Notes: generated by a model not told the origin, from the sequence alone. Positions 18,793 to 31,044 are shown, counted from the first letter of the stretch. The stretch: 64,000 bases of DNA from Alphaproteobacteria bacterium (GCA_963422645.2 CAXXVO010000008.1:256001-320000); one strand, 5' to 3'. Program-made: numbers and translations.

Positions 18793-21700
18793 CTATTCCG
18801 CGGCGCTGGCCTGGGCGGCGGGCGCGCGGAAGGCGGCCAACAGCTCAGCCTCGCGCTCCTTCGCGCAGTCGATGTTGGCTTCCTTCACGTGGCCGAAGCC
18901 CCGCATGGCGAGCGGCACCTCCGCGATCTCCACGGCGAGCGCGTGGTTGTCGGAGTCCAGGCCGGCGATCAGCGTCTCCACCGAGGCTTCGTACTCGCCG
19001 ATCAGCGCGCGCTCCCGGCGCCGCTCGGCGCTGTAGCCGAAGAGGTCGAGCGGGGTCCCGCGCAAGCCCTTGAACTTCGCGAGCAAGCTGAAGGCAGAGA
19101 GCATCCAGGGGCCGTAGAGGCGCTTTTTCAAGTGGCCGGTCGAAGGATCGCGCCCGGCGAAGAGCGGCGGCGCCATACTGAAGCGCAGCCCGACCGATCC
19201 CTCGAACTCCGCCTTTACCTGCTGGCGGAAGCGGCCGTCGGTGTAGAGCCGGGCGACCTCGTACTCGTCCTTGTATGCGAGCAGCTTGTGATAGGCCCGG
19301 GCGACCGCCTCGCCGAACCCCTCGCGGCCCGGTGCCCGCGCCCGCTCGGCCTCCCGCGCGCGGCTCACCAGGGCGCGGTAGCGGGTGGCAAGCGCGGTGT
19401 TCTGATAGGCCCTGAGGTCCGAGGCGCGGCGCTCGATCAGCGCGTCCAGCCCTTGCGCCTGCGGCTCCTGGGGCAGGGTGCCGGTCTCGGCCGCCGCGGC
19501 GGCGACGGCGTCGGTATCGTGCGCTGCGGCGCGGCCCCAGCGGAATGCGCGCAGGTTGGCCTCGACCGCGACGGCGTTCAGCGCGATCGCCCGCTCCAGG
19601 GCGTCTGCGCCGAGCGGGACCAGGCCGCGCTGGTAGGCGAACCCTAAGAGGAAGAGGTTGGTGTAGACGGCATCGCCGATCAGCGCCGTGGCGAGCCGGG
19701 TCGCGTCCACGACATCGAGCGAGCGCGCCGCGGCCCCGATTACGCCTTCGAGCCGAGCGCCGGGGAACTCGAGATCGGGCGTGCGGGTGAAATCGCCGGT
19801 CGTGATCGGGCCGCCGTTGACCACGGCGTGGGAGGCGCTCTTGTCGAGCCGCGTCACCGCCTCTCGGCTCGCCGCCACCACCCGGTCGATCCCCAGCAGC
19901 AGCCTGGCGCCGCCGACGGCGATGCGGACGGCATGCAGATCCTCGGACCGCTCGGCGATGCGGATATGGCTGGTGACGGCGCCGTATTTCTGGGCGAGGC
20001 CGGCCTTGTCGAGCACGGTGGCCCCCTTGCCCTCAAGCCGCGCCGCCGTGCCCAGCAGGGCGGCGAGGGTGACGATCCCGGTGCCGCCCACGCCCGCCAG
20101 CAGGATGCCGTAGGGCTCGGTGAGCGCGGGGCGGGCGGGCTCGGGCAGCGCAGCAATGGGCCGCTCGGAGACGCCGTCGGAAGCGCCCGCGCGCCGACGA
20201 CCGCCCTTGACCAGCACGAAGCTCGGGCAGAAGCCCTTGATGCAGGAGAAATCCTTGTTGCAGGCCGATTGATCGATCGCCCTCTTGCGTCCGAACTCGG
20301 TCTCCAGCGGCACCACTGAGAGGCAGTTCGACTGCACGCCGCAGTCACCGCAGCCCTCGCACACGTCCGGGTTGATGATGACCCGCCAGTCCGGGTCCTC
20401 CAGCAGCCCGCGCTTGCGCCTGCGCCGCTTCTCGGTGGCGCACATCTGGTCGTAGACGATGGCCGAGACCCCCTCCCATTGGCGCAGGTCGCGCTGCACC
20501 TGGTCGAGCTCGTCCCGGTGGTGGATCGTCACACCCTCCGCGAACTGCCCGTCGAAGGGGTACTTCTCGGGCTGGTCCGTAACCACCGCGATGCGGCCGA
20601 CGCCTTCCGCGTGGATCTGGCGGGTTACGCGCTGGACCGAGAGCGGCCCGTCCATGGGCTGGCCGCCGGTCATCGCCACCGCGTCGTTGTAGAGAATCTT
20701 GTAGGTCATGTTGACGTTGGCGGCGACCGCGGCCCGGATCGCCAGGATGCCGGAGTGGAAGTAGGTGCCGTCGCCGATGTTCTGGAAGATGTGCTCGGTC
20801 TTGGTGAAGGGCGCCTGCCCGATCCAGTTGGCGCCTTCGCCGCCCATGTGGGTGTAGGTATCGGTCTCGCGGTCCATCCACTGCGCCATGTAGTGGCAGC
20901 CGATGCCGGAGAGCGCGCGGCTCCCTTCCGGCACCTTGGTCGAGCTGTTGTGCGGGCAGCCCGAGCAGAAATAGGGCACCCGCTCCATCGCCGCGGGTTC
21001 CCCGGCGGCGCTCTCGGCCCACCGGGCGCGCAGGCGGGCGAGGCGTGCCTCGATACCCTCGTCCGCGCCTAAGCGCAGCAGTCGGGTGGCCATCGTCTGC
21101 GCGACCCCGCCGGGGTCGAGCTCGCCCGAGGCGCGGAGCAGCGGGCGCCCCTCCTCGTCGCACTTGCCGATGACGCGGGGCCGCGCGCTCGCAGGCAGGT
21201 TGTAGAGGATCTCCTTGATCTGGTCCTCGATGAAGCCCCGCTTCTCTTCGACCACCAGGATCTCGTCGAGCCCGCCGGCGAAGCGCCTGATGCCCTCGGG
21301 CTCCAGCGGCCAGCTCATGCCGACCTTGTAGAGCGCGAGCCCGAGCCGCCGCGCCGTGCCCTCGTCGATGCCGAGATCGTCCAGTGCCTGGCGTACGTCG
21401 AGATATGACTTGCCGGTGGTCACGATGCCGAGCCTGCGCCCCGGCCCGTCGATCACCGCGCGGTCGAGCCCGTTCGCGCGGGCATAGGCGCGCGCGGCAT
21501 CGAGCTTGTGCTCGAGCAGGCGCTCCTCCTGGTCGAGCGGCGTGTCCGGCCAGCGGATGTTGAGCCCGCCTGCGGGCAGCCCATGGTCTTCGGACGTGAC
21601 GACGGTAACCCGGTGCGGGTCTACGGAGACGATGGCCGAGCTGTCCACCGTCTCGGCGATGCAGATGAAGCCGACCCAGAGGCCGGCGTAGCGCGAGAGC

Positions 21701-22263
21701 CCCCAGCCGTGCAGCCCGTAGTCCAGGAACTCCTGCACGCCGGCCGGGTTGATCACCGGCATGGTGGCGCTCACGAAGTTGAACTCGCTCTGGTGCGCTG
21801 TCGTGGAGGAGGCGCAGACGTGATCGTCGCCGGCCAGCGCGAGCACGCCGCCGTGGGCCGACGTGCCGGCGAGATTGGCGTGCTTGAAGACGTCGATCGT
21901 GCGGTCGACGCCCGGCCCCTTGCCGTACCAGATGGCGTAGACGCCGTCGTGCTTCGCGCCGGGGAAGAGCCCGACCTGCTGCGTGCCCCAGAGCGCGGTG
22001 GCCGCCGTGTCCTCGTTGACCCCCGGCTGGAAGTGCACGCCGTGCTTCTCGACGAAGGGCCGCGCCTGCCAGAGCGCCCGGTCGAAGTTGCCGAGCGGCG
22101 AGCCGCGATAGCCCGAGATCATGCAGGCGGTATCGAGACCGGCGGCCTTGTCGCGCAATTGCTGCATCATCGGCAGCCTGACCAACGCCTGGGTGCCGGT
22201 CATGTAGACCTCGCCCGACCAGGCGGCGTACTTGTCGTCGAGTGAGACTGCGGCGAGCGTCAT
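18793..22263 (-). CDS. indolepyruvate ferredoxin oxidoreductase family protein (fused subunits)
   Basis: SLDDKY, SGYRGSPLG, FCSGCPHN, CEGCGDC, GVGGTG, AYKDEYEVARL. Confidence 0.95.
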   Translation of the reverse strand: MTLAAVSLDDKYAAWSGEVYMTGTQALVRLPMMQQLRDKAAGLDTACMISGYRGSPLGNFDRALWQARPFVEKHGVHFQPGVNEDTAATALWGTQQVGLFPGAKHDGVYAIWYGKGPGVDRTIDVFKHANLAGTSAHGGVLALAGDDHVCASSTTAHQSEFNFVSATMPVINPAGVQEFLDYGLHGWGLSRYAGLWVGFICIAETVDSSAIVSVDPHRVTVVTSEDHGLPAGGLNIRWPDTPLDQEERLLEHKLDAARAYARANGLDRAVIDGPGRRLGIVTTGKSYLDVRQALDDLGIDEGTARRLGLALYKVGMSWPLEPEGIRRFAGGLDEILVVEEKRGFIEDQIKEILYNLPASARPRVIGKCDEEGRPLLRASGELDPGGVAQTMATRLLRLGADEGIEARLARLRARWAESAAGEPAAMERVPYFCSGCPHNSSTKVPEGSRALSGIGCHYMAQWMDRETDTYTHMGGEGANWIGQAPFTKTEHIFQNIGDGTYFHSGILAIRAAVAANVNMTYKILYNDAVAMTGGQPMDGPLSVQRVTRQIHAEGVGRIAVVTDQPEKYPFDGQFAEGVTIHHRDELDQVQRDLRQWEGVSAIVYDQMCATEKRRRRKRGLLEDPDWRVIINPDVCEGCGDCGVQSNCLSVVPLETEFGRKRAIDQSACNKDFSCIKGFCPSFVLVKGGRRRAGASDGVSERPIAALPEPARPALTEPYGILLAGVGGTGIVTLAALLGTAARLEGKGATVLDKAGLAQKYGAVTSHIRIAERSEDLHAVRIAVGGARLLLGIDRVVAASREAVTRLDKSASHAVVNGGPITTGDFTRTPDLEFPGARLEGVIGAAARSLDVVDATRLATALIGDAVYTNLFLLGFAYQRGLVPLGADALERAIALNAVAVEANLRAFRWGRAAAHDTDAVAAAAAETGTLPQEPQAQGLDALIERRASDLRAYQNTALATRYRALVSRAREAERARAPGREGFGEAVARAYHKLLAYKDEYEVARLYTDGRFRQQVKAEFEGSVGLRFSMAPPLFAGRDPSTGHLKKRLYGPWMLSAFSLLAKFKGLRGTPLDLFGYSAERRRERALIGEYEASVETLIAGLDSDNHALAVEIAEVPLAMRGFGHVKEANIDCAKEREAELLAAFRAPAAQASAAE

Positions 22264-22572
22264 CGCTATTCCTGTCCTCAGCGTCCGAATGTTCTTGGGG
22301 CTAGGCCGCAAGCGACGGCCGGGGCATACCCGGTCGCTGCGTCATCATACCCCATGGCGCCCCGTCGGCGCGAAGCGCGGAAGCCAGCCCGCATTAGGTC
22401 TCGTTCGCCGCGCCGTATCGTCAGGCTAGGCAACTCTTGATCGTCATGCGCGCGGGCTCCAGCGCGGACACCTCACGACGGTCCTGGTCTGTGCGATGCA
22501 TCCGCCGAGACTGCCTCCGCCGATGCCCGCCATGCACCGCACCATGGTGCGGGTTGGCCGCACCGGTACGAG

Positions 22573-23358
22573 TCAGTGCGCCGAGAGAAACGACTTGAGG
22601 GCGGCCGTGAACGCTGGCGCCTGCTCGATGTTGGAGAGATGGGCGGCATCGAGTTCGAGATACTGGGACCCGCCGATTCGCTCGTGCATCAGGCGCATGC
22701 CGGCCGGCGGCGTGCCGGGGTCCTGCGAGCCCGCGATCAGCAGGACGGGATGGTCGAGCGAGCCCAGCCGGTCGAGATTCGCGAGCGTCTGGATGGCGCG
22801 CGCACAGCCCGTGTAGCCTGCGACCGAGGTCGTGCGGATCATGTGCCGCACGTCGTCGATGCGCGCGGCGCCGCTCGCCCGGTAGCCTTCGGAGAACCAG
22901 CGCTCGATGGTCGACTCGACGACCGCCTCCATGCCCCCGTCCGCAACCGCCGCCACACGCTGGTCGAACGCCGCCACGAATGCCTCGCCGCTGTGCGCCG
23001 AGGTATTCGCCATGACCGTGGCGGTGACCCGGTCAGCATGGCCGAGCAGGAGCCCCTGCGCGGTCATCCCCCCGATCGAGAGACCCACGAAATGGCTCTT
23101 GCCAATACCCAGGTGATCCCAGAGGCCCACGACATCGCCGACCAGATCGCCGAACGAGTACGGCCCTTCTACCGGCGCCGACTTGCCGTGCCCGCGCTTG
23201 TCGTAGCGCAGGATATGGAAGTCGTCCGCGAGCGCGGCCTCCTGCTCGTCCCACATGTGCAGGTTCGTGGCCAGCGAGTTGGAAAAGGTCAGCCACGGCC
23301 CGCTCTCGTTTCCCGAAATCTCGTAGTTGATCGTCACACCCCGAATGTCGGCGAGCAT
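22573..23358 (-). CDS. pcaD: 3-oxoadipate enol-lactonase-like alpha/beta hydrolase
   Basis: FSNSLAT, RYDKRGHG, GLSIGG, AAHLSNIEQ. Confidence 0.8.
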   Translation of the reverse strand: MLADIRGVTINYEISGNESGPWLTFSNSLATNLHMWDEQEAALADDFHILRYDKRGHGKSAPVEGPYSFGDLVGDVVGLWDHLGIGKSHFVGLSIGGMTAQGLLLGHADRVTATVMANTSAHSGEAFVAAFDQRVAAVADGGMEAVVESTIERWFSEGYRASGAARIDDVRHMIRTTSVAGYTGCARAIQTLANLDRLGSLDHPVLLIAGSQDPGTPPAGMRLMHERIGGSQYLELDAAHLSNIEQAPAFTAALKSFLSAH

Positions 23359-23572
23359 TCACCACCTCCCTCTTCGCATGCCCCGGTCCCGGTGCGGCAC
23401 GGGTCAAGACGTCGCGCCGGCGATCGAGCGATCCGGCGCGGGCTCATTCCAATAGCACGTTGGCCCTATCTCCGCCCGCGCTTGACCGCCTCCGCGAACG
23501 CTGCGAAAACCGCCGGGCGGCGCGGCTCGACGCCGTCCGCCTCCGCATCATCGTCGGAATTTGGGGGAAGTC

Positions 23573-24742
23573 GTGGGGCGAGGAGACTACCTGTTCACCA
23601 GCGAATCGGTGTCCGAAGGACATCCCGACAAGGTCTGCGACCGCATCTCCGATGCCGTGGTCGATGCGTTCCTGGCGGTCGATTCCAACGCCCGTGTGGC
23701 CTGCGAGACCCTGGTCACCACCAATCGGATGGTGCTTGCCGGCGAGGTGCGCGGTCCCGAGTCGATCACCGCCGAGGCCCTTGAGTCCATCGCGCGGACC
23801 TGCGTCCGCGAGATCGGCTACGAGCAGGAGGGCTTCCACTGGGCCAAGGCCGCCGTGGAGGTCCATGTTCACTCCCAATCGGCCGACATTGCGCTTGGCG
23901 TGGACCAGGCCGGCAACAAGGACCAGGGCGCGGGCGACCAGGGCATCATGTTCGGCTACGCCTGCCGCGAGACCGACGCGCTCATGCCGGCGCCGATCCA
24001 CTATGCCCACGCGATCTTGGCTGCGCTGGCCGAGGCGAGGCACGCCGGCGATGCGCCCGGCCTCGGGCCGGATTCCAAGAGCCAGGTCACACTGCGCTAT
24101 GAGGAGGGCGTGCCGGTGGGCGCCACCTCCGTCGTCGTCTCGACACAGCATGCCGCCGAGCTCTCCCAGGACGATGTGCGCAAGATCGTGCGCCCCTATG
24201 TCGTGGACGCGCTCCCCGACGGGTGGATGTGCGAGGAGGACTGGTTCTACGTCAATCCGACCGGCCGCTTCGTCATCGGCGGGCCGGATGGCGACGCCGG
24301 AGTGACCGGCCGTAAGATCATCGTCGACACCTACGGCGGCGCTGCGCCCCACGGCGGCGGCGCCTTCTCGGGCAAGGACCCGAGCAAGGTCGACCGCTCG
24401 GCGGCCTATGCAGCGCGCTACCTGGCGAAGAATGTCGTCGCCGCCAACCTCGCGTCGCGCTGCACGATCCAGCTCGCCTATGCGATCGGCGTCGCCCATC
24501 CGCTCGCGGTCTACGTCGATACCCACCGCACCGGCCAGGTCGACGAATCCAGGCTTGCCGAGGCGCTCAACTCTGTCATGGACCTTTCACCACGCGGGAT
24601 CGGTGAGCACCTCGACCTCGCTCGCCCGATTTTCGAGCGGACTGCGGCTTACGGCCACTTCGGGCGCGAGCCCGAGGCCGACGGCGGCTTCTCCTGGGAG
24701 CGGACGAACCTCGTCGACCCGCTTCTCTCCGCCGTCGGGTGA
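23573..24742 (+). CDS. metK: S-adenosylmethionine synthetase
   Basis: [28 protein letters not shown]. Confidence 0.98.
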   Translation: MGRGDYLFTSESVSEGHPDKVCDRISDAVVDAFLAVDSNARVACETLVTTNRMVLAGEVRGPESITAEALESIARTCVREIGYEQEGFHWAKAAVEVHVHSQSADIALGVDQAGNKDQGAGDQGIMFGYACRETDALMPAPIHYAHAILAALAEARHAGDAPGLGPDSKSQVTLRYEEGVPVGATSVVVSTQHAAELSQDDVRKIVRPYVVDALPDGWMCEEDWFYVNPTGRFVIGGPDGDAGVTGRKIIVDTYGGAAPHGGGAFSGKDPSKVDRSAAYAARYLAKNVVAANLASRCTIQLAYAIGVAHPLAVYVDTHRTGQVDESRLAEALNSVMDLSPRGIGEHLDLARPIFERTAAYGHFGREPEADGGFSWERTNLVDPLLSAVG

Positions 24743-24776
24743 CGGCGCATCGGGACGGCTCCCGTCTCGGCATGCG

Positions 24777-25475
24777 ATGGAGGATCGTCGGCGCCGCGTC
24801 TACGGGCGGAGGCTCGGCTACCGGCTTCGCCCCGGCCGTCAGGCGCTGTTGGAACGCGCCCTGCCGGCGCTCAGGATCGATCTCCCGGAGGACGCGCAGG
24901 CGCCAATCGACCTGAGCGGGCTGTTCCCGGCGCCGGTCCAGGACCTCTGGCTCGAGATCGGTTTCGGTGCCGGCGAGCACCTCGCCCATCAGGTGCGCGC
25001 AAATCCGGCCGTGGGGTTCATCGGCTGCGAGCCCTTCGTCCAGGGAGTCGCCGGCCTCCTGCGCCATCTGGAGGCCGACGGCACCGCTGGCCGGGTCCGC
25101 ATCTTCCCCGACGACGCGCGACTCCTGCTCGATCGCTTGCCCGAGGCCTGCATCGGCCGACTGTTCGTGCTGTTTTCCGACCCCTGGCCCAAAAAACGCC
25201 ACCACAAGCGGCGCCTGATCGATGCCGAGACCCTCGCGGGCTTTGCGCGCATCTTGAAGGACGGCGCCGAGTTCCGCTGGGCGTCCGACGACGGCGGCTA
25301 TGTGGAGTGGACTCTCGAGCACGTCGCCGGCAACGAGGCGTTTGCTCTGACCGATCGGACTTCCGGCGATTGGCCGTCCCGGCCGGCCGACTGGCCAGAG
25401 ACCCGCTACGAGCAGAAGGCCCGCGCCCATGGACGTGCGCCTGTCTTCCTGCGCTACGTCCGCAGCCCGCGATAA
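24777..25475 (+). CDS. trmB: tRNA (guanine-N7)-methyltransferase
   Basis: LEIGFGAGEHL, DPWPKKRHHKRR, TRYEQKA. Confidence 0.95.
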   Translation: MEDRRRRVYGRRLGYRLRPGRQALLERALPALRIDLPEDAQAPIDLSGLFPAPVQDLWLEIGFGAGEHLAHQVRANPAVGFIGCEPFVQGVAGLLRHLEADGTAGRVRIFPDDARLLLDRLPEACIGRLFVLFSDPWPKKRHHKRRLIDAETLAGFARILKDGAEFRWASDDGGYVEWTLEHVAGNEAFALTDRTSGDWPSRPADWPETRYEQKARAHGRAPVFLRYVRSPR

Positions 25476-25630
25476 TCGGCGGCGTCGTGCAATTCTAGGG
25501 GGTCTGCGTGGGCGTGGTGGGGAGAAACACCTTGAAGAGAATGCACTAAACGCGATAGGTTGGCGTCGCTGCGCTCTTCGGGGGTGTGAGGAGCGCGGCA
25601 AAGAGCATGCCCAGGGTTTAAGACATTATG

Positions 25631-25656
25631 GTGGGCAGTGGTGGCCCGCCTTTTTT
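25631..25656 (+). promoter_or_regulatory. rimP leader hairpin (attenuator-like)
   Basis: GTGGGC...GCCCGC followed by TTTTTT directly upstream of rimP. Confidence 0.6.
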
Positions 25657-25668
25657 CTGTTCTGCGGT

Positions 25669-26178
25669 ATGACGAAGACGAGAGACGTGGACTCAGAACG
25701 GCAGATCGAACATGCGATTGCACCGGTGCTGGCGGCGATGGGCTATGAGGTCGTTCGAATCCGCCTCGGCGGGGGCAGGCAGGCGGTGCTCCAAGTGATG
25801 ATCGAGCGGGCCGACCGCGTGCCGCTGACCGTGGACGACTGCGCCGCCGCAAGCCGCGCCATCTCCGCGCAATTCGAAAACGACAACCTGCCGGCGGCCG
25901 ACTTTGCGCTGGAAGTGAGCTCGCCGGGGATCGACCGGCCGCTGGTGCGGCTCGCCGACTTCGCCCGCTTTGTCGGATTCGAGGCCAAGGTGGAGATGAA
26001 CGAGCCGATTGAGGGCCGGCGGCGCTTTCGCGGCCGGCTGCAGGGCGCCGGCGACGGATGCGTACGCATGACCGTTGACGATCGGGACGTCACGCTGCCC
26101 TTCGACGGGATTCGCGCGGCGAAGCTCGTGCTGACCGACGAGTTGATCGCGGCCAGCCAGGCGGCGGAGCGAGTGTGA
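25669..26178 (+). CDS. rimP: ribosome maturation factor RimP
   Basis: LQVMIER, LEVSSPGIDRPL, AKLVLTDELI. Confidence 0.95.
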   Translation: MTKTRDVDSERQIEHAIAPVLAAMGYEVVRIRLGGGRQAVLQVMIERADRVPLTVDDCAAASRAISAQFENDNLPAADFALEVSSPGIDRPLVRLADFARFVGFEAKVEMNEPIEGRRRFRGRLQGAGDGCVRMTVDDRDVTLPFDGIRAAKLVLTDELIAASQAAERV

Positions 26179-27782
26179 TGGCGGATAGCGACACTGCGGG
26201 CCTCGCCCGCCTCGAGCTTCTCCAGGTGGCCGATGCCGTGGCCAGGGAGAAGGGGATCGAGCGCGAGCTCGTGCTGGAGGCTATGGAGCAGGCTATCACC
26301 CACGCTGGCAAGCGGAAGTACGGGCAAGAACACGACATCCGCACGGACATCGACCGGGAGACAGGCGAGATCAAGCTGATGCGTTATCTCGAGGTGGCCG
26401 AGGAGATCGAGAACGAGGCCACCCAGATCGCACTGAGCGAGGCGCAGGAGCGCAACCCCGCCGCGCAGGTCGGCGACTATCTGGCGGACCCGCTGCCGCC
26501 CATCGACTTCGGCCGTATCGCGGCGCAGACGGCGAAGCAGGTGATTGTCCAGAAGGTGCGCGAGGCCGAGCGCGCGCGGCAGTACGAGGAATACAAGGAC
26601 CGCGTGCAGGAGATCGCCAACGGCCTCGTCAAGCGCACCGAGTACGGCGGAATCACCGTCGACCTGGGGCGGGCCGAGGCCGTGATCCGGCGGGAGGACC
26701 TGCTGCCGCGCGAGTCATTCCGCAATGGCGACCGGGTGCGCGCCTACATCTACGACGTCCGCCGGGAGCCGCGCGGGCCCCAAATCTTCATGTCCCGCAC
26801 GCACCCGAACTTCATGTCCAAGCTCTTCGCCCAGGAGGTGCCGGAGATCTACGACGGCATCATCGAGATCGATGCCGTGGCCCGCGACCCCGGCAGCCGC
26901 GCAAAGATCGCCGTGCACTCCAACGACAGCAGCATCGACCCCGTCGGCGCTTGCGTCGGCATGCGCGGCTCACGCGTGCAGGCCGTGGTCGGCGAGCTTC
27001 AGGGCGAAAAGATCGACATCATCCAGTGGTCGCCCGATCCGGCGGCGTTCATCGTCAACGCGCTGGCCCCGGCCGAGGTGACCAAGGTGGTGCTCGACGA
27101 GGAAGCGAAGCGCATCGAGGTGGTCGTGCCGGACGAGCAGCTCTCGCTCGCTATCGGCCGGCGCGGGCAGAACGTACGGCTCGCGTCCAACCTCACGGGC
27201 TGGGACATCGACATCCTGACCGAAGCTGAGGAATCCGAGCGCCGTCAGGAGGAGTTCCGCACGCGCTCCGAGATGTTCATGGAAGCGCTCGACGTCGACG
27301 ACGTGATCGCCCATCTGCTGGTCACGGAGGGGTTCTCTACCGTGGACGAGGTGGCCTACGCTCCGATCGAGGAGCTGGCCATGATCGAGGGCTTCGAGGA
27401 GGAGCTGGCGGTCGAGCTTTCGAGCCGCGCCGCGGCTTACGTCGAAGCGAAGAACAAGGAGCTCAACGAGCGCCGGATCGAGCTCGGCGTCAGCGACGAG
27501 GTGGCCGCAATCGAGGGTCTGGACCCGGCGATCCTCGTGGCCCTCGGCGAGAACGAGGTCAAGACGCTGGACGATCTTGGCGATCTCGCCGGCGACGAAC
27601 TCATCGAGATTCTGGGTAACCTGGCACCGTCGATCGAGGAGGCCAACGCCGTCATCATGATGGCGCGGGCCCACTGGTTCGACGACGAGGAGCCGGCAGA
27701 TGGGGCGGAGGCAGACGAGGCCAGCGCGGCCGACGAGCCTGCAGAGTCCGTCGCCGAGGAGCACGAGAGACCCAACGTTTGA
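26178..27782 (+). CDS. nusA: transcription factor NusA
   Basis: FGRIAAQTAKQVI, ARDPGSRAK, GRRGQNVRLA. Confidence 0.98.
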   Translation: MADSDTAGLARLELLQVADAVAREKGIERELVLEAMEQAITHAGKRKYGQEHDIRTDIDRETGEIKLMRYLEVAEEIENEATQIALSEAQERNPAAQVGDYLADPLPPIDFGRIAAQTAKQVIVQKVREAERARQYEEYKDRVQEIANGLVKRTEYGGITVDLGRAEAVIRREDLLPRESFRNGDRVRAYIYDVRREPRGPQIFMSRTHPNFMSKLFAQEVPEIYDGIIEIDAVARDPGSRAKIAVHSNDSSIDPVGACVGMRGSRVQAVVGELQGEKIDIIQWSPDPAAFIVNALAPAEVTKVVLDEEAKRIEVVVPDEQLSLAIGRRGQNVRLASNLTGWDIDILTEAEESERRQEEFRTRSEMFMEALDVDDVIAHLLVTEGFSTVDEVAYAPIEELAMIEGFEEELAVELSSRAAAYVEAKNKELNERRIELGVSDEVAAIEGLDPAILVALGENEVKTLDDLGDLAGDELIEILGNLAPSIEEANAVIMMARAHWFDDEEPADGAEADEASAADEPAESVAEEHERPNV

Positions 27783-28408
27783 ACGCATCGGCACACATGC
27801 GCAATCGCCCGGCCTCGCCGGACGCCGGCTCCCGGCGCTGCATCGCGAGCGGTGCCAGCAAGCCGCGCGAGTCGTTGCTGCGCTTCGTGGTCGACCCGGC
27901 TGGCGCGTTGGTGCCGGACCTGAGCGAGGCGCTGCCGGGCCGGGGGCTCTGGGTCTCTGCCGAACGAGCCGCGTTGGAGACGGCCTGCGCGCGCGGCCTG
28001 TTCGCCCGCGCCGCGCGACGGCCGATCGCTGTGGCGCCCGACTTGATCGACGAGGTGGAGCGGCAGTTGACCGCAAGGGTGCTGGATATTCTCGGGCTGG
28101 CACGGCGCGCCGGTGCGCTGGTCACGGGTTTCGACAAGGTGCAGCGCGCGCTCACCGAGCGCCGCGTGGCCGTCCTGGTCGAGGCGAGCGACGGTGCGCG
28201 GCACGGGCGCGCGCGCCTCGGTGCGCTGGCGCGGGACATTCCCGTGATTGCGCAGTTCGATGGCGCTGCGTTGAGCCGCAGCCTGGGCCGTGAGAATGTG
28301 GTGCACGCCGCACTGGCGCCAGGCCGGCTTGCTGATCGGTTCCTTCAGGAATCCGCGCGGCTTGCCGGCGTGCGCGCGGAGCCCGGCGACCGGGATATGG
28401 CAAAATGA
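27779..28408 (+). CDS. YlxR/DUF448 + L7Ae RNA-binding protein
   Basis: RRCIASG, LLRFVV, PGRGLWV, LARRAG; between nusA and infB. Confidence 0.9.
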   Translation: MNASAHMRNRPASPDAGSRRCIASGASKPRESLLRFVVDPAGALVPDLSEALPGRGLWVSAERAALETACARGLFARAARRPIAVAPDLIDEVERQLTARVLDILGLARRAGALVTGFDKVQRALTERRVAVLVEASDGARHGRARLGALARDIPVIAQFDGAALSRSLGRENVVHAALAPGRLADRFLQESARLAGVRAEPGDRDMAK

Positions 28409-31044
28409 GTGACGAAATCGAAGCCGGTGATCAAGAGCGGCGCAAGCCTCTGTCGTTGAAGCGGCCGGGGCGGCTCGAGCTCAAGGAGACGGTCGATGCC
28501 GGCCAGGTTCGGCAGAGCTTCTCGCATGGCCGCAGCCGAGCCGTCGCGGTCGAGGTTCGCAAGAAGCGGACTCTGAAGCGAAGCCCCGGCGCGGAAGCAG
28601 TAGCGGCGCCCAAGGCGAAGGCGCCAGCGCCTAAGGTGCCGCCACCCGAGCCTGTCGCTGAGCAGGCGCCACCGCCTCAGGAGGACGTGCATCAGACCTC
28701 CAGGGCTCCACGCTCGCGGGTCGTCCTCCGCACACTGACGACTGACGAGAAGGCTGCGCGTGCGCGTGCCGTCGAGGACGCGGTGCGCGCCGAGCGTCAG
28801 GAGCGGGCGCGGGCGCAGGAGGAATCTCGCCGCCGCGCTGTGGAGGAGGAGCGCCAGGCTGCCGAACACGCCCAAGCCGAGCGTCGGAAGAGCGAGGAGG
28901 ACGCCCGCCGCAAGGCCGATGAAGATGCGCGCAAGCGGGCGGAGGAGGATGCCGCACGCAGGCTTCCCCAGCCGGAGGAACCCAAGCCGGAAGAAGCCGC
29001 CGCTCCGGAGGCGGCGAGTGCGGCGCGACCCAAACCCGCCGCCGCCCCGGCGGAGGAGGAACGCGGCAGGCCTCGCCGCCGCGGCGAGCAGCGCCGCCCG
29101 GCGAGCCCCTCGCGGCGCGACCAGCCGCGCCGGCGCGGCGGCAAGATCACGCTTTCGGAAGCCCTCGACGGCACCGTCGGCGAGCAGCGCGGGCGCAGCC
29201 TCGCGTCGCTGCGTCGTCAGCGCGAGCGCGAGAAGCGCCTTGCGCGGGAGGCGATGCGCGCGGACGAGCTCAAGCCGGTGGTGCGCGAGGTCGTGGTTCC
29301 AGAGGCGATCACGGTGCAGGAGCTCGCGAGCCGCATGGCCGTGCGCGGCGCCGAGGTCGTGAAGCGTCTGATGGAGATGGGCACGGTCGTCACCATCACC
29401 CAGTCGATCGATGCCGACACGGCGCAGCTCGTGGTCGAGGAGTTCGGCCACAAGGTGAGGCGCGTCAGCGAGGCAGATGTCGAAATCGGGCTCAAGGGCG
29501 AGGACGACACCGCCGAGGCTCTGCTTACCCGCTCGCCCGTGGTTACGGTCATGGGCCATGTCGATCACGGCAAGACCTCGCTGCTCGATGCCATCCGCTC
29601 CAGCGATGTGGTGTCCGGCGAGGCAGGTAGCATCACCCAGCACATCGGCGCCTACCAGGTAGAGACGCCCAGGGGTTCCCGCATCACCTTCATCGACACG
29701 CCCGGCCACGCTGCCTTCACCGAGATGCGTGCGCGGGGTGCGAGCGTGACCGATATCGTCGTTCTCGTGGTCGCAGCGGACGATGGCGTCATGCCCCAGA
29801 CTGCCGAGGCGATCAATCATGCGCGCGCAGCAGGCGTCCCGATCCTGATCGCCATCAACAAGATGGACCGGCCGGACGCCGATCCCAACCGGGTGCGCCA
29901 GGACCTGCTCCAGCACGAGCTCGTGACCGAGGAGATGGGTGGCGACGTGCTCGCGGTCGAGATTTCAGCAATCAAGAAGCAGAATCTCGACCGGCTGGAA
30001 GAGGCGATCTTGCTGCAGGCGGAGCTCTTGGAGCTCACCGCCAACCCCGAGCGCGCCGCTGAGGGTATCGTGATCGAGGCCAAGGTCGATCGCGGGCGCG
30101 GTGCGGTGGCTACCGTTCTGGTCCAGCGCGGTACGCTCCACGTCGGCGATATCGTGGTCGCCGGCGCGCAGTGGGGCCGGGTGCGGGCGATGTACGACGA
30201 CCGCGGCGACGGCGCCAAATCGGCTGGGCCGGCAGTGCCGGTCGAGATTCTCGGGCTCAGCGGCGCGCCCTTGGCGGGCGATGAGGTCGTGGTGGTCGAC
30301 AACGAACGCCGCGCACGGGAAGTTTCCGAGTTCCGCCAGGCACGCGCCAGGGAGAAGGAGGTCGCGCGCGGCGCGCCGCTCAACCTGGAGCAGCTCTTCT
30401 CCGAGATCAAAGAGAGGGAAGACAAGAGCGAGCTTCCGCTCGTCATCAAGGCCGACGTCCAGGGCTCGGTGGAGGCGCTGGTCGGCGCGCTCGGCAGGCT
30501 TGGCACGGACGAAGTGGCGGTGCGCGTGCTCCATTCGGGCGTCGGCGGCATTATCGAATCGGATGTGACACTCGCTGCCGCGTCGGACGCGACCATCATT
30601 GGCTTCAATGTGCGCGCCAACGCTCAGGCGCGCGAGCTCGCGGCGCGCTGCGCCATCGAGCTTCGCTATCACGCCGTCATCTATGACGTCGTCGACCAAG
30701 TCAGGGCCAATCTCGAAGGTATGCTGCGCCCGGAGGCGCGCGAGCGGACTATGGGCAACGCCCAGATCCTCCAGGTGTTCGAAGTGGGCCGCGTCGGCAG
30801 GGTCGCGGGCTGCCGGGTCACCAACGGCCTCGTGCGCCGGGGTTCTAAGGCGCGGCTGCTGCGCGCCGATGTCGTCATCCACGACGGCTCGCTCAAGACG
30901 CTTCGTCGCTTCAAGGACGACGTGCGCGAGGTGAAGGAAGGGTACGAGTGCGGCATGTCTTTCGAGAACCACTCCGATCTGCGCGAGGGCGACGTCATCG
31001 AGCTCTATGAGATTGAGGAGATCGCTCGTACGCTCGACGCGTAG
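28405..31044 (+). CDS. infB: translation initiation factor IF-2
   Basis: [25 protein letters not shown]. Confidence 0.98.
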   Translation: MSDEIEAGDQERRKPLSLKRPGRLELKETVDAGQVRQSFSHGRSRAVAVEVRKKRTLKRSPGAEAVAAPKAKAPAPKVPPPEPVAEQAPPPQEDVHQTSRAPRSRVVLRTLTTDEKAARARAVEDAVRAERQERARAQEESRRRAVEEERQAAEHAQAERRKSEEDARRKADEDARKRAEEDAARRLPQPEEPKPEEAAAPEAASAARPKPAAAPAEEERGRPRRRGEQRRPASPSRRDQPRRRGGKITLSEALDGTVGEQRGRSLASLRRQREREKRLAREAMRADELKPVVREVVVPEAITVQELASRMAVRGAEVVKRLMEMGTVVTITQSIDADTAQLVVEEFGHKVRRVSEADVEIGLKGEDDTAEALLTRSPVVTVMGHVDHGKTSLLDAIRSSDVVSGEAGSITQHIGAYQVETPRGSRITFIDTPGHAAFTEMRARGASVTDIVVLVVAADDGVMPQTAEAINHARAAGVPILIAINKMDRPDADPNRVRQDLLQHELVTEEMGGDVLAVEISAIKKQNLDRLEEAILLQAELLELTANPERAAEGIVIEAKVDRGRGAVATVLVQRGTLHVGDIVVAGAQWGRVRAMYDDRGDGAKSAGPAVPVEILGLSGAPLAGDEVVVVDNERRAREVSEFRQARAREKEVARGAPLNLEQLFSEIKEREDKSELPLVIKADVQGSVEALVGALGRLGTDEVAVRVLHSGVGGIIESDVTLAAASDATIIGFNVRANAQARELAARCAIELRYHAVIYDVVDQVRANLEGMLRPEARERTMGNAQILQVFEVGRVGRVAGCRVTNGLVRRGSKARLLRADVVIHDGSLKTLRRFKDDVREVKEGYECGMSFENHSDLREGDVIELYEIEEIARTLDA